A stretch of 54,420 nt of DNA from a virus (taxonomy: Duplodnaviria; Caudoviricetes). The notes under the pieces are model-generated. The model saw only the letters and a program-made list of their open reading frames with translations. It ran no database searches and was not told the DNA's origin. Below, in pieces: positions 26,262 to 36,425 of this stretch (the stretch's first letter is position 1; every line of letters starts with the position of its first letter). Location: positions 1 to 54,420 of the IMG/VR virus record IMGVR_UViG_3300030085_003649. One strand, written 5' to 3'. Position numbers and translations under genes: made by a program.

Positions 26262-29200
26262 TTAATACCCGTATGGGGATGGTGATGGCGATGGGGAAGG
26301 TGATGGTGATGGGGAAGGTGATGGGGATGGAGATGGAGAGGGTGAAGGTGTTGGAGCAGGAGCTGTGGCAGATGATGTTCCTGCGGGTCTAGGTGAAGAT
26401 GAAGCAGGTCCGCTAGAATCAGGAGTTTGTGTAGTCACCGGATTCGGAGTGTCAGTTTCGTAGACAATTCCAGGAACAAGTCCAGTTTCACTATCTGTTA
26501 TTGGAGTATCTGGTGTAGCAGCCTGAATTGGTTGTCTTGGAGCAACAGTTCTAGTTATACTTTCTTCGACTGTATTGTAAATTATATCATGTGGAGTAGA
26601 GACATGCACTGCACCAACCATACGTTGACCCGTTGATGGATGAATGTGTGATGGTCCATAATATGGTCTTCCATTTACATATCCAACTGGTGTAGCACCA
26701 ACACAATCAATTACACTAATAACGGCAGCCTGACTGAATCCTTCTTGGAAGGCTTGAGTTATTTCAAATTCCCCACGATATTTTACTTTCAAATATGGAA
26801 TAAGTCCAGCCCCGGCACCCGTTTTAGTATTTACCCTCACCAGAGGTGGTTCTACGAATCCAATGTTTTGTTCTATATCATTATCATCAAACTCTACTCC
26901 AAATAATTCACCGTTTCTACCGACAGAAAGATTTCCAGTAAGGGAAATTTCTTGGCCATTACCATCAAAACCAGAAACAGTTACCGTATCTCCGGGGTTA
27001 TATCCAATTCCAGTTTGATCAATCTGAACTCCACTCAACGCCATGATAACTGGATATTGGTCAGAAGATCCAACATTATCCGCAGCAGTAGACAAAACAC
27101 CACTATCCGTAACTGTTGTGGGAGGAACCACAGGTGCTGAAACTTGTCCGCCGTTTACAAAAACGTATCCACTACCATATCCAGGTAAACCATCACCATC
27201 AACAGTCAGAGTGCCATCAACCCCAGTAAAACCACCACCAGTTTCAGTAATACCACCACCAGTTTCAGTAATACCACCAACAGGAGTGCCATCAATCTGA
27301 GTAAAACCTCCACCAACAGGAGTGCCCTCATATGTGGTGCCTGGAGGTACTGGATTGTTTATGCTACCCGCTGGAAAATATACAGTTGTTCCGGGAGGTA
27401 CAACACATTCATCGCCGGGATTGAATTTAATTATATCACCCTCAGGCAAAATACAAATAGTATCTAATGCTTCTCCAGTGACAACTCCATTTCCTCCAAC
27501 AGAACCATCGGGGCGTGGTAGATAACCCCCACCAGTATTAGAAAATACTATATCAGTTAGAGATCCATTCTCATCTAATATTGGTCTTCCATAACCACCA
27601 CTTCCCTTGCCGCACTTATCCTGCACAGCAATATTCATTCCCAAAAGATCAGCACCAGCATCAAGAATATCAGCACCCAACAATTTGCCAGAAGGACTTA
27701 CGATAGCATTCATGAGAGGAGGAGTACTAAATTCTTTACCAAATGCTTTTAAAGTGGGGGTTCCACATCCTTGAGGTCCCATATCACAAGCACCAAGAAC
27801 TTCAGAAATTCCAGCACCACCTTTTATAAAGTCCGCGACACCAGTAACAGAATCAATTATACCACCAGCAGCACCAGTGACATCATCTATAGCACCAGTA
27901 ACAGAGTCAGCGACTCCAAGAATACCACTCTTAGCATTATCGATAGAAGATCTGAAATCATCAGCTGCACCCATCACAGATCCAATAGGTTCTGGGAAAG
28001 ATCCGGCTTGACCACTCATAATTCCACCAACCATACTCAAGAAATCACCACCTGCTGTTGGAGCATTACCGGTGAGCATACTAGCTTGTTTGATATCAGT
28101 ACACTTCGTTTCTTCTTCACATGAGAAGAGTTCTTTCAATCCATTGATAAGTTCTTGAATATCGGGGAGATCAAAACTAATATTGATACTACTAATTTGA
28201 TCAAATCCGCCTTGGAACATATTACCAATGTTACCAATAGCTCCACCGACTGCACCAATTGCATCACCTGCGGCTCCGACAGCGCCAGTGACTGCATCTA
28301 CAGCACCCATGGCAGAATCAGCAACATTGTTTATACCATTACTAACAGCAGCTATTGTATTGTTTACTCCAGATAATGCTCCCTGAACTCCATTTTGAAG
28401 TGTTCCAAGAACACCACCAACCACATTGCCAATCATGGTATCGATACCACAAGGACTACTATTGGCAGTTTTGCCGATAAGATCTCCAAGTAAAGGCCCC
28501 AACATACCTTTGAGACCGTCTATCATATTATTAAATACGCATCCAACTTTCTCTAGAGCATCATTGATACCCTGAGCAACCTCATTGACGGCCTCAATAG
28601 GAACTAATGCAGCAATCTTCGCTCCCTCTTCCGCAATTTTTTCTAAAGTTTTAATTCTAATTTTATTTACGATCTTCTTCATGTATGATGCACAGTTGTC
28701 CGTGCATCTTTTTGTTTCTTTTGCTATGTCCGTAAGTTTTTGGGTAAGTGGATTAGCAAAAGTTTCACCATACTTTTGAGCAAAAGCAGTTACTTTCTGC
28801 AACCTCTTCTGTTCTAATGCGATTCCTGATTGAGGTTCATCGTTAGGACATGGATTAGCAGGCATGACATCGCCTGTTGCATCAGCATTCTGTTGTGCTG
28901 CCTGTCTTCCATCAGTCTCAACATCTCCACCGAGAAGTCCAGGTTGTTCTAATACGGCACTTTCATCACGAACAGTTGGTTGAACTTGTACTTGAGATCC
29001 ACCAGGTCTTGTACTAGTTACAGGAATGGGAGGAGCAAACTTATCTACCTGTCCGGAACCACCACCTGCTTTAATGTTGTGTCTAGATTCTACTGAACCA
29101 TTGGCATATCCACTGAATGGAACAAACCCCGCCTCCGGTAGATCTTTAGAGAGTGTCTGTTGTGTTGATTTATCCAACACACCCATGACAACTGGTTGTT

Positions 29201-29537
29201 GACCATCTTCACCATCTAAGAAAAATCCAAAGACGATTTCTCCACCAGAGAAAGAAGAACTACAACTCATTCCACCACCGCCGCCACCGGCAGTGACTGG
29301 GAACATCAGATACGCCCAAGGCAAATCTTCATCTGGTAATTGTTCAAAACTCGCAGTATGGTATCCCATAATGCGAACTTTAACTCTCTGTTTAAATCCA
29401 GGCAGATCACCAGCAGATCCCTGGGTTCCGGAGGGCATATTTCCGGTCCAGGTATTTGCTGGGGCGACTTGGCCCATCCACCAGAAGAAACCGTCTCTTC
29501 CGACAAAATGTTTTTTAAACAGAGATTCTTCTATCAT
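26262..29537 (-). CDS. gp5: baseplate hub/central spike protein gp5
   Basis: F.[8 protein letters not shown].GQV...[10 protein letters not shown]...LPDEDLPWA...[18 protein letters not shown] OB-fold. Start moved from 29558 to the MIEES ATG. Confidence 0.88.
   Translation of the reverse strand: [1091 protein letters not shown]
26274..26350 (-). repeat. (Ser-Pro)n coding repeat at the gp5 C-terminus
   Basis: [28 protein letters not shown], encoded with varied codons. Confidence 0.85.
27232..27279 (-). repeat. 21-nt tandem duplication in gp5 (ITETGGG x2)
   Basis: ccaccaccagtttcagtaata occurs twice exactly. Confidence 0.8.
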
Positions 29538-29764
29538 CAGTCGTCGTATACTAAGCACTCAGGTTCAGATGGGTTCTGATCACAGAACAATTCCAAATAA
29601 CTGGGATCATGATGATCTCCGGCTTCAATTTCTTTTTTATGGTGTTCTGCATACTCTTCTAGATCATGCAATTCACCTTCGATATGACGACGTTGTTGTG
29701 GTGAAATGGTGGGATCGTGAAGAATCTCCTTGTCCGTTTCAATATGCTTTTCGATGCTTTCCAT
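29537..29764 (-). CDS. cp12: CP12 Calvin-cycle inhibitor, auxiliary metabolic gene
   Basis: C-terminal LELFCDQNPSEPECLVYDD is the CP12 signature. TTAAATA promoter at 29786-29792 and GGAG SD. Confidence 0.93.
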   Translation of the reverse strand: MESIEKHIETDKEILHDPTISPQQRRHIEGELHDLEEYAEHHKKEIEAGDHHDPSYLELFCDQNPSEPECLVYDD

Positions 29765-29784
29765 TTTAGTATTTCTCCTTGATA

Positions 29785-31137
29785 CTATTTAAGAGCTTTT
29801 TTACCGTAAGAATCTCGGATCAGTGTCATACTAGTGATTGTGTTATCGGAACTGATTTGATGACATAGACTCGCAATAACAAAATGTCCACTGATATCAT
29901 CATTTATCACATCACCAGTTTCACTAACGTCAGGGAATTCACAATAAACTGTTTCTCCAGCTCTTAGAGCGAAATCCCCAGGAACGGTTATTGATAGTTG
30001 GTATGTAAACATTTGATTATATCTCATCACCGATTGAACGGTGTTCTTATCCATTTCATCATTACTTTTTTCTGGTTCTGCTTTCCAAGATTCTAGTTGT
30101 TGTGATGCAGTTGCGCCTGTTGGAAGAGCACCATTATCTTTTACTCTCCACAACAATCTAGTTGGTCCTGCCCTGAATTCTTCAGGAACATAATCAACAT
30201 TTTCTTTACCACCAGTTTTTACCTTATCAAACTGTTTCTCATCAATTTTGTATTCTTGAATTTCAAACTTGAAATTCCATGGATCAAAAAATAAAGTTCT
30301 GTTTGTATAAGTTCCAAGTTGTAAGTTGGACTGTAAATCGATGGTATTGTCCACATTATAACTCAAAATGTTGCCCTTTTCATCAGCGTCCTCAAAATTA
30401 GATCCTCTATATTTGAATCTCTTGACTTCTTTCTTATCACCACTTGATGGTTTTAGATCACTCAAAAGACCGTCAATTGACTTGAATTGAAACCCGTCTT
30501 GGGTCTCGAAAAAGAAAAATCCGGAAGATGCGCCTGGTGATGCGTCAGCAGGAATAGACTTGTTAGCTAACCAGGTAAGAATGTGAAAGGGTTTTCTATC
30601 ATTACCAATAAATTCATAACTCTGTTGAGTCTCTTCAATATCCTCTGTTCTAAAGTTCTGAGTTTTTAAAACATTTTTCAAAATCTCTGTTACATGTTCA
30701 GAGATTTTCTTAGGTCTCTTATACCGTTTTACAACTCTAGTTTGTTCATTCGCCAAAAATTCTTTTGTACAAAAATTTAATGCATATGTCAATCTTTTCG
30801 TACTACCTATGACATTACTAACTCTGTTGACATATAATTTCTTTTCACCCTTAAACGATATAACATTTCCCGCCTTATCTTCAGCTTCAAATTCCACGGC
30901 TTCACCACCACGAAGAGGCAGTCCGTCCACTATATTTCTCAATTTACCATCTTTTCCTTCAATAGAAAATCCAGTCTCAACCAGAACACAAGACGCAGTA
31001 ATATGATTGGATAATATATTTTCATAATATGAAAATACTGGCGTTCCTTCCTTTACATCAACTTCCTGACCACTCTTAACATTAGTGAGCGTAAATGTGG
31101 TTATTGTTGAATTTTCTGGTTGTTGTTGCGTTGCCAT
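29785..31137 (-). CDS. baseplate hub-like tail protein (gp27-like)
   Basis: YYENI, LPLRGGE.V, FFFFETQDGFQFKSIDGL, ITVPGD..LRAG and SG.F.I..LCH motifs. Position in the baseplate cluster. Confidence 0.6.
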   Translation of the reverse strand: MATQQQPENSTITTFTLTNVKSGQEVDVKEGTPVFSYYENILSNHITASCVLVETGFSIEGKDGKLRNIVDGLPLRGGEAVEFEAEDKAGNVISFKGEKKLYVNRVSNVIGSTKRLTYALNFCTKEFLANEQTRVVKRYKRPKKISEHVTEILKNVLKTQNFRTEDIEETQQSYEFIGNDRKPFHILTWLANKSIPADASPGASSGFFFFETQDGFQFKSIDGLLSDLKPSSGDKKEVKRFKYRGSNFEDADEKGNILSYNVDNTIDLQSNLQLGTYTNRTLFFDPWNFKFEIQEYKIDEKQFDKVKTGGKENVDYVPEEFRAGPTRLLWRVKDNGALPTGATASQQLESWKAEPEKSNDEMDKNTVQSVMRYNQMFTYQLSITVPGDFALRAGETVYCEFPDVSETGDVINDDISGHFVIASLCHQISSDNTITSMTLIRDSYGKKALK

Positions 31138-33855
31138 TTATCCCTGCCTGTAGAGGAAGACCTGTAATTCGGTTTTTAACATAGCCTCCGATATATGTAG
31201 TCTAGAAATGTTGGAGGAGAATCCACCGCCACCACTTCTACGTTGACCTTTAGATCCACCCATAGAGACAACGGGGAAGACATTAGATGTGTCACCACTT
31301 CCTCCTCCGCCACCACCTGAACCAGAACCCGACATTGGCGAATCATATGGCGCCGAATGTGATATACCACCAGCATCAGCACCACCAGATCTTTCAATTG
31401 GAGGCGCTGGAGGAGTTAGGTCAGAACCAGTATTATCACCTGGTCTAGGAGCATCGGAAATACTAGGTTTCAGATCTGGGTTGCCAGCAGTATTGAAATA
31501 GTGATTCTTAAACTTAGTTACATTCACATTCTGAGAGGAATCTTTTTTTGCAGAACCAGTTCTAAATCCTGTAGCGGCCATCAGTTTAGTAATTTCTCCG
31601 TCCGAAACACCAGCCGATTTAAGTTGTTGTTTTAGTTTCTCGGGATCACTTGCAAGTTCTATCGCCTTATGTGCCTGTTCCATTTGAGATGCAGATCTCT
31701 GAGCATTGATAGATCCATCTCTAACTGGTTGATATTGATTTTTACCCATGATAACACCCGTGATGGTTTTATCCTTAGCAAGGAAAGTTCCTGTAGTTGC
31801 CTTTCCGGACTGAATCAATCCAGCACGATTCATTACACTTCTGGCTACGAGAGCCATACCAAGTAAACCTTCTCCTCCAGCCTCAGCGTATACCAATCTC
31901 TTAAACAGGTCAAGTTCACTACCTTTGGCAGCAGATGCGCTTAAGGTTGGGACCAAAGATGCCTGCGGTTGAACTGATTTTGGTTCTGGTGTCGTTGAAG
32001 GTTTGGGTTTGGATTCGGGTTCAGGTTTAACAGGAGTGGGAGATTTTTTACCAACTCTTTCAGCGAACTCTGGATCTTCTTCCAGTTTCTTCTCCATCTT
32101 TTCATTAAGTTTCTTTATATCAGCATCAGTGCCTGCAGGTTTGGGTTCTGCAAGAGGTTTTTCACCTGCCATCATTGGAAGACCAAAGGCATCGGAGATC
32201 TTGTCACCAAGTATTCTACCAAAACCACCGGCAGCCATATCTGCACCCATATATGCAGCGTAGATCGCTGTTGCAAGAACACCAGATGCACCACCAGTAA
32301 ATGGTGCGGCAACACCAAGAGCACTCATTAATGCTGTAAATCCGGCATCAATACCAATACCGGTTATCATACGAATTAAAGCACGTCTCCAATCAACACC
32401 GCCAATAAGATCCATTCCGAATCCAAGGGCGTCTCCAATGAAGGGGAGATACTTACCAAGTTTTTTTACAACAGGTTGTGCTTTCTTAGCAAAATTACCA
32501 AGAACACCTTTTTGTTTAGTTAACCACTCAAGAACAGAACTAAGTTTTGGAGAATTCTTTTTTGCCCAGTCTGATAGTCCAGTTGTGACCCTTTTATATT
32601 GATCGGTTACAAACCTACCGAATCTTGAACCTTGTTCTAAAACAAACTCAGTACCCTGTTCTAATTTCTTGACAACCTTTCTACCACCTTCAAGAATTCC
32701 TTCACCAAAACCTCTAGCTCTATCTAAGAAGGATGGACCACCGGTAACTCTAGGTCTACGACGGAATGGTTCCCCCAGTCTATCAAGGAATCCACCAAAT
32801 CCCGTTCTTCTACCGCCACTTGTAGTTACCTGACTAGAACCCCCTGGTGTAAATAACTCTCGTACTCTGTCAGTTACTCCCTGAAATCCTGTTCTTCTGC
32901 CACCGGATTGTGTTACTCCAGGTTTAGGTCGGAATGGTTCTCCCATTCTATCAAGGACTCCACGAAATCCTGTTCTTCTGCCACCACTTTCGGTAATACC
33001 ACGGAAACCACGACCCCTAGGAGAGTCGGGAGTGTTTGGACCCCTATTACGACCTCCTCCCCTATTACGACCTCCTCCACGATTTCTTCCACCTCCTCGG
33101 CCGCCAAGGGCATTGAAAAGTTCCATTGCCACCATAGCGGCAAAGAGAGCATCAATGATAGGAATTTTCTTGTCGATTTCATTGAGTTGTTGTAGTACTG
33201 TGTCTTTCTCATCAGTATCAACGCCTAAACCTTTTGCAATTAGTTTTATACCTTCAACCTTGACAAATTTAATTGCGTCAAGAATTGGCATCAGGATTGG
33301 ACCTAATGCCGCACTAACTTGTTCAAAAGATTCTTTTAACTGTTTGAAAACTTCTTTGAATTCTAAAATTGTGTTTAGAACCCATCCAAGAAAAACAAGT
33401 CCTATACCACCAAGTATGGAATCAAATATTCCCTTGGTTCTTTTTTTAACCGCACCAAGAGGACCAGAGTCTTTCTTTCTCCTCTCAGCTTTACTTTCCT
33501 TCTTCTTTCTATCTCTCAGTTCTTGTTCGTCTTGATTCTTCTGTCTTCTAGAATTTACAAATCTACTTCTTCTACCAAGTAATCTTTCAATTTTGACAAC
33601 TTTCTTTCTGAGACGAATTAACTTGGCTCGTGTAGTTTCATTTTTTGATTTACCTTCGGGAACACTTTCACCGGGTTTTAAATCTTCTGGAATAAAGGAA
33701 ACAATATTAGAAGTTGGTAATAATTTTTGTGATGGAGAGGGAGACTCAACAGCGTCTTGAGATTCTTTTTCAACTAATTTGTTTAGAGGAACTGGCTTAT
33801 CAGCCTTCTTCTTTGAAAGCATACTAGAACCAGCTTTGAGAAGTAATGGTAACAT
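31138..33855 (-). CDS. tape-measure/baseplate hub-like protein with a C-terminal SleB/Hydrolase_2 cell-wall hydrolase domain
   Basis: Charged coiled-coil N-terminus and amphipathic helices. LFKRLVYAEAGGEG..GMALVARSVMNR...VI...NQY.PV...HYF hydrolase motif. Confidence 0.7.
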   Translation of the reverse strand: MLPLLLKAGSSMLSKKKADKPVPLNKLVEKESQDAVESPSPSQKLLPTSNIVSFIPEDLKPGESVPEGKSKNETTRAKLIRLRKKVVKIERLLGRRSRFVNSRRQKNQDEQELRDRKKKESKAERRKKDSGPLGAVKKRTKGIFDSILGGIGLVFLGWVLNTILEFKEVFKQLKESFEQVSAALGPILMPILDAIKFVKVEGIKLIAKGLGVDTDEKDTVLQQLNEIDKKIPIIDALFAAMVAMELFNALGGRGGGRNRGGGRNRGGGRNRGPNTPDSPRGRGFRGITESGGRRTGFRGVLDRMGEPFRPKPGVTQSGGRRTGFQGVTDRVRELFTPGGSSQVTTSGGRRTGFGGFLDRLGEPFRRRPRVTGGPSFLDRARGFGEGILEGGRKVVKKLEQGTEFVLEQGSRFGRFVTDQYKRVTTGLSDWAKKNSPKLSSVLEWLTKQKGVLGNFAKKAQPVVKKLGKYLPFIGDALGFGMDLIGGVDWRRALIRMITGIGIDAGFTALMSALGVAAPFTGGASGVLATAIYAAYMGADMAAGGFGRILGDKISDAFGLPMMAGEKPLAEPKPAGTDADIKKLNEKMEKKLEEDPEFAERVGKKSPTPVKPEPESKPKPSTTPEPKSVQPQASLVPTLSASAAKGSELDLFKRLVYAEAGGEGLLGMALVARSVMNRAGLIQSGKATTGTFLAKDKTITGVIMGKNQYQPVRDGSINAQRSASQMEQAHKAIELASDPEKLKQQLKSAGVSDGEITKLMAATGFRTGSAKKDSSQNVNVTKFKNHYFNTAGNPDLKPSISDAPRPGDNTGSDLTPPAPPIERSGGADAGGISHSAPYDSPMSGSGSGGGGGGSGDTSNVFPVVSMGGSKGQRRSGGGGFSSNISRLHISEAMLKTELQVFLYRQG
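32755..33090 (-). repeat. Arg/Gly-rich coding repeats: 3x T.SGGRRTGF.G..DR and 18-nt RNRGGG repeats
   Basis: Seen in translation. cctattacgacctcctcc occurs twice at 33043-33078. Confidence 0.75.
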
Positions 33856-33860
33856 CTATC

Positions 33861-36251
33861 TTACCCCACGACTCCGTAAATTGCTTTACATGCTATAATA
33901 CTAATGTTGGAACCATCAACAGAGGAAACATTAGGAGAGTCATTACCTTGTGCAGGTATTTCCTGTTGTCCCCCCTCACCAACAACAGAAACAGATTGTC
34001 CTCCACCTTGACTTGATTGATTAGAAGAACTGGGAGAGGATGACATCAACGTATTGGCTGATGGAGCAGCAGGAGAACCAGTTTCTGGTGGAATAAAGTC
34101 GCCACCAGATGGAGCTCCCGCAGCCTCTGGTATTTCAAGAGCATTAGGATCTCCCATAAACTTCTTCATTTTTTGACGAAGTTTGTCTCCACCACTTCCA
34201 GGAGTATCTGTTTCTTTTAATTGTAACCAGTCCCAACGTTCACCATTTCCACCCCACATCACTGGACCATAATTATCATGCATCACTTTACCATCTTTGT
34301 TTGACCCAGCCTCGGCATGAGTCATCACATTTTTAATACTAACGTCACCAGGTTTCCATCCCCAACCTAAAGCGATCTTTGCCGCTTCTTTCATCATACT
34401 GTCAATCTGAATATCCTTTGGTGGATAAGTCTTCCATGGAACTCCACCCATAGAAGCAACAGACAATCCTACATTATTGGTGTTTCTACCGTAGGTATGT
34501 CCTGTACGAACATCATAATCGCCACCAGTGTGTTTATAAATTGAACCATCGCCTTGTATGGTGCTATGATATGGACCAGATCTATGATTATAACCACCCG
34601 CAGTCCAGTGGAGATATATCTGTCTGTTTTTATTTCCTACCTGACCACCGTCTTGATATCCTTGTATTCCACCACGAACCTTTGGTTTGTTAGCATTTGG
34701 TCCAACATTGAAAGCGAGTGGATCAACACCAATCGTGTTCATCATTCTTTCTCTCGCACCAACTTGAAGAACCGTCTCTCCCGGTGTGAGCATGGCAGGA
34801 ACAGTATCCGTTCCCATTGGAGCTGGAATCATTCTCGCATCAGGAACAACCCCACCAACATTTAACTTTAATGTTGGGAATTTTGCAGTCGAAGAATCAA
34901 AACCGCGTTCACCTTCCCTCCTTCCAACCCTATCGCGTAAGGTTGAGAAGTAGTCATTAAATCTCTCTTCTATGGTAGCACCTTGAACACGGAAAGTTCC
35001 AGTCTTGGTCCTTGTTTGCCCGTCTTTTTGATATAAGATATTACCATCATTAGCAGCGACAACTTCATAACCTGCTTCAGTTGCTCTTTCATAAGGAGTT
35101 TTACTTACCGGTGCAGGTGCAGGTGTTTCTACAGGTGCTGGTGATTCTGTTTGTGCTGGTTTAGGTGTTTCCGGTGTTATTTTTTCTGGCGTTTCTGATT
35201 CAGTAGTTGTCACTGGATCTCTTGATCCCAGAGCATCACCAATGGTTCCTTCGTCTCCAGCATCACTTGTTAGTCCAGGTGGAGCCTTTTGGTTGGCCTC
35301 CATAATTTTTTGGACACCAATAACACCACCAACAGCGAGAAGAGCACCTCCAGCTGCAAGAGGATTTCTAGCTGCTAATCGCAATATAGCACCACCTAAT
35401 GCCGCAACTAATTTTATTGCGCCTTTCAATATAACAGCACCAAGTTTTATAAGAATACCTAAGAATGGTTTTGCCTGTAAGAAAACATACAGAGCAAATA
35501 ATTTACCCATGTTTCTCTGTAGAAACTCAGCAACTGCTGTTACGTCTTCTTTATTCTTCGGATCTTTTAACCAGTCTAAAAGAGTATTGAGAGTCCATCC
35601 AACTATGACAAGTTTTACACCGTCAATAATTTTTTTCAGAATATTTACAGCAGGTGCTAAAACTGCAGTACTAGTTTTCTTTATAAATTTCTTAAATCCT
35701 TCAAGTTTATCTTCAGACTTTTGTCTTTTCTCAAGTTCTCGTTCATCATCTAATTTAGATTTTGCCTTTCTATCTTTCTTGAAAGACTCTTTTAAGATTG
35801 AAAATATATTATCTAAACTACCAAAAATAGAATTGAAGATACTGTCTTCAGATTCTCTCTCTTTTTTCTCTTTCCTTTCTTCTGATGGTGAGATTTCTGA
35901 CGTTTTTCCAGCAGGAAGAAGTTTAGAGGGATCTACTACTTTACTTGGCCCTGATGGCTCTTTTTGAATCTCAACCTTTACTTTTTTATTTTTTATCTTA
36001 AATCTACCAGTTTTAGATCTAACTCTCTTTCTTTCGTTTGCAAGGACGGCTAACTCTTCATCAGGTAATTTGTTATCGCCAAAAGAACCCTTTGCTATTG
36101 CCTCTCTGAGGAGAGTCATATAGGTATCATAATCAATATCAAAAACATCCTCCAATCCAAGAAGACGCAAGATTCTTTCGTCAATATTTTCGTCAGATAT
36201 CGACTGTTGATTCTTCTCAGTGTCGGGTTCGTATTTAACGATAGCCGCCAT
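33861..36251 (-). CDS. tape-measure-like protein with an N-acetylmuramoyl-L-alanine amidase (Amidase_2) domain
   Basis: GTDTVPAMLTPGE tape-measure motif. IYLHWTAG..YH..I..DG..HT.GRN.N.VG....THAE zinc-amidase motif. Confidence 0.75.
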   Translation of the reverse strand: MAAIVKYEPDTEKNQQSISDENIDERILRLLGLEDVFDIDYDTYMTLLREAIAKGSFGDNKLPDEELAVLANERKRVRSKTGRFKIKNKKVKVEIQKEPSGPSKVVDPSKLLPAGKTSEISPSEERKEKKERESEDSIFNSIFGSLDNIFSILKESFKKDRKAKSKLDDERELEKRQKSEDKLEGFKKFIKKTSTAVLAPAVNILKKIIDGVKLVIVGWTLNTLLDWLKDPKNKEDVTAVAEFLQRNMGKLFALYVFLQAKPFLGILIKLGAVILKGAIKLVAALGGAILRLAARNPLAAGGALLAVGGVIGVQKIMEANQKAPPGLTSDAGDEGTIGDALGSRDPVTTTESETPEKITPETPKPAQTESPAPVETPAPAPVSKTPYERATEAGYEVVAANDGNILYQKDGQTRTKTGTFRVQGATIEERFNDYFSTLRDRVGRREGERGFDSSTAKFPTLKLNVGGVVPDARMIPAPMGTDTVPAMLTPGETVLQVGARERMMNTIGVDPLAFNVGPNANKPKVRGGIQGYQDGGQVGNKNRQIYLHWTAGGYNHRSGPYHSTIQGDGSIYKHTGGDYDVRTGHTYGRNTNNVGLSVASMGGVPWKTYPPKDIQIDSMMKEAAKIALGWGWKPGDVSIKNVMTHAEAGSNKDGKVMHDNYGPVMWGGNGERWDWLQLKETDTPGSGGDKLRQKMKKFMGDPNALEIPEAAGAPSGGDFIPPETGSPAAPSANTLMSSSPSSSNQSSQGGGQSVSVVGEGGQQEIPAQGNDSPNVSSVDGSNISIIACKAIYGVVG

Positions 36252-36414
36252 TAGATTGCTGCTGTTGTTTTAACTTTTCATCATCTAAGTGCGCCTTCAA
36301 AAGAGATATGTAAACATCTCTTTCCCATGGTATCATGTTTTCAATCTCTGTTAATGAGTATTTATGGTACTGCATCAGAGCGAAATTTATCTTGAAATAA
36401 GATTCAAGATCCAT
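36235..36414 (-). CDS. gp51: baseplate hub assembly catalyst gp51 (59 aa)
   Basis: Translated by hand: MDLESYFKINFALMQYHKYSLTEIENMIPWERDVYISLL... Confidence 0.85.
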   Translation of the reverse strand: MDLESYFKINFALMQYHKYSLTEIENMIPWERDVYISLLKAHLDDEKLKQQQQSNGGYR

Positions 36415-36425
36415 GTGTGAAAGCG

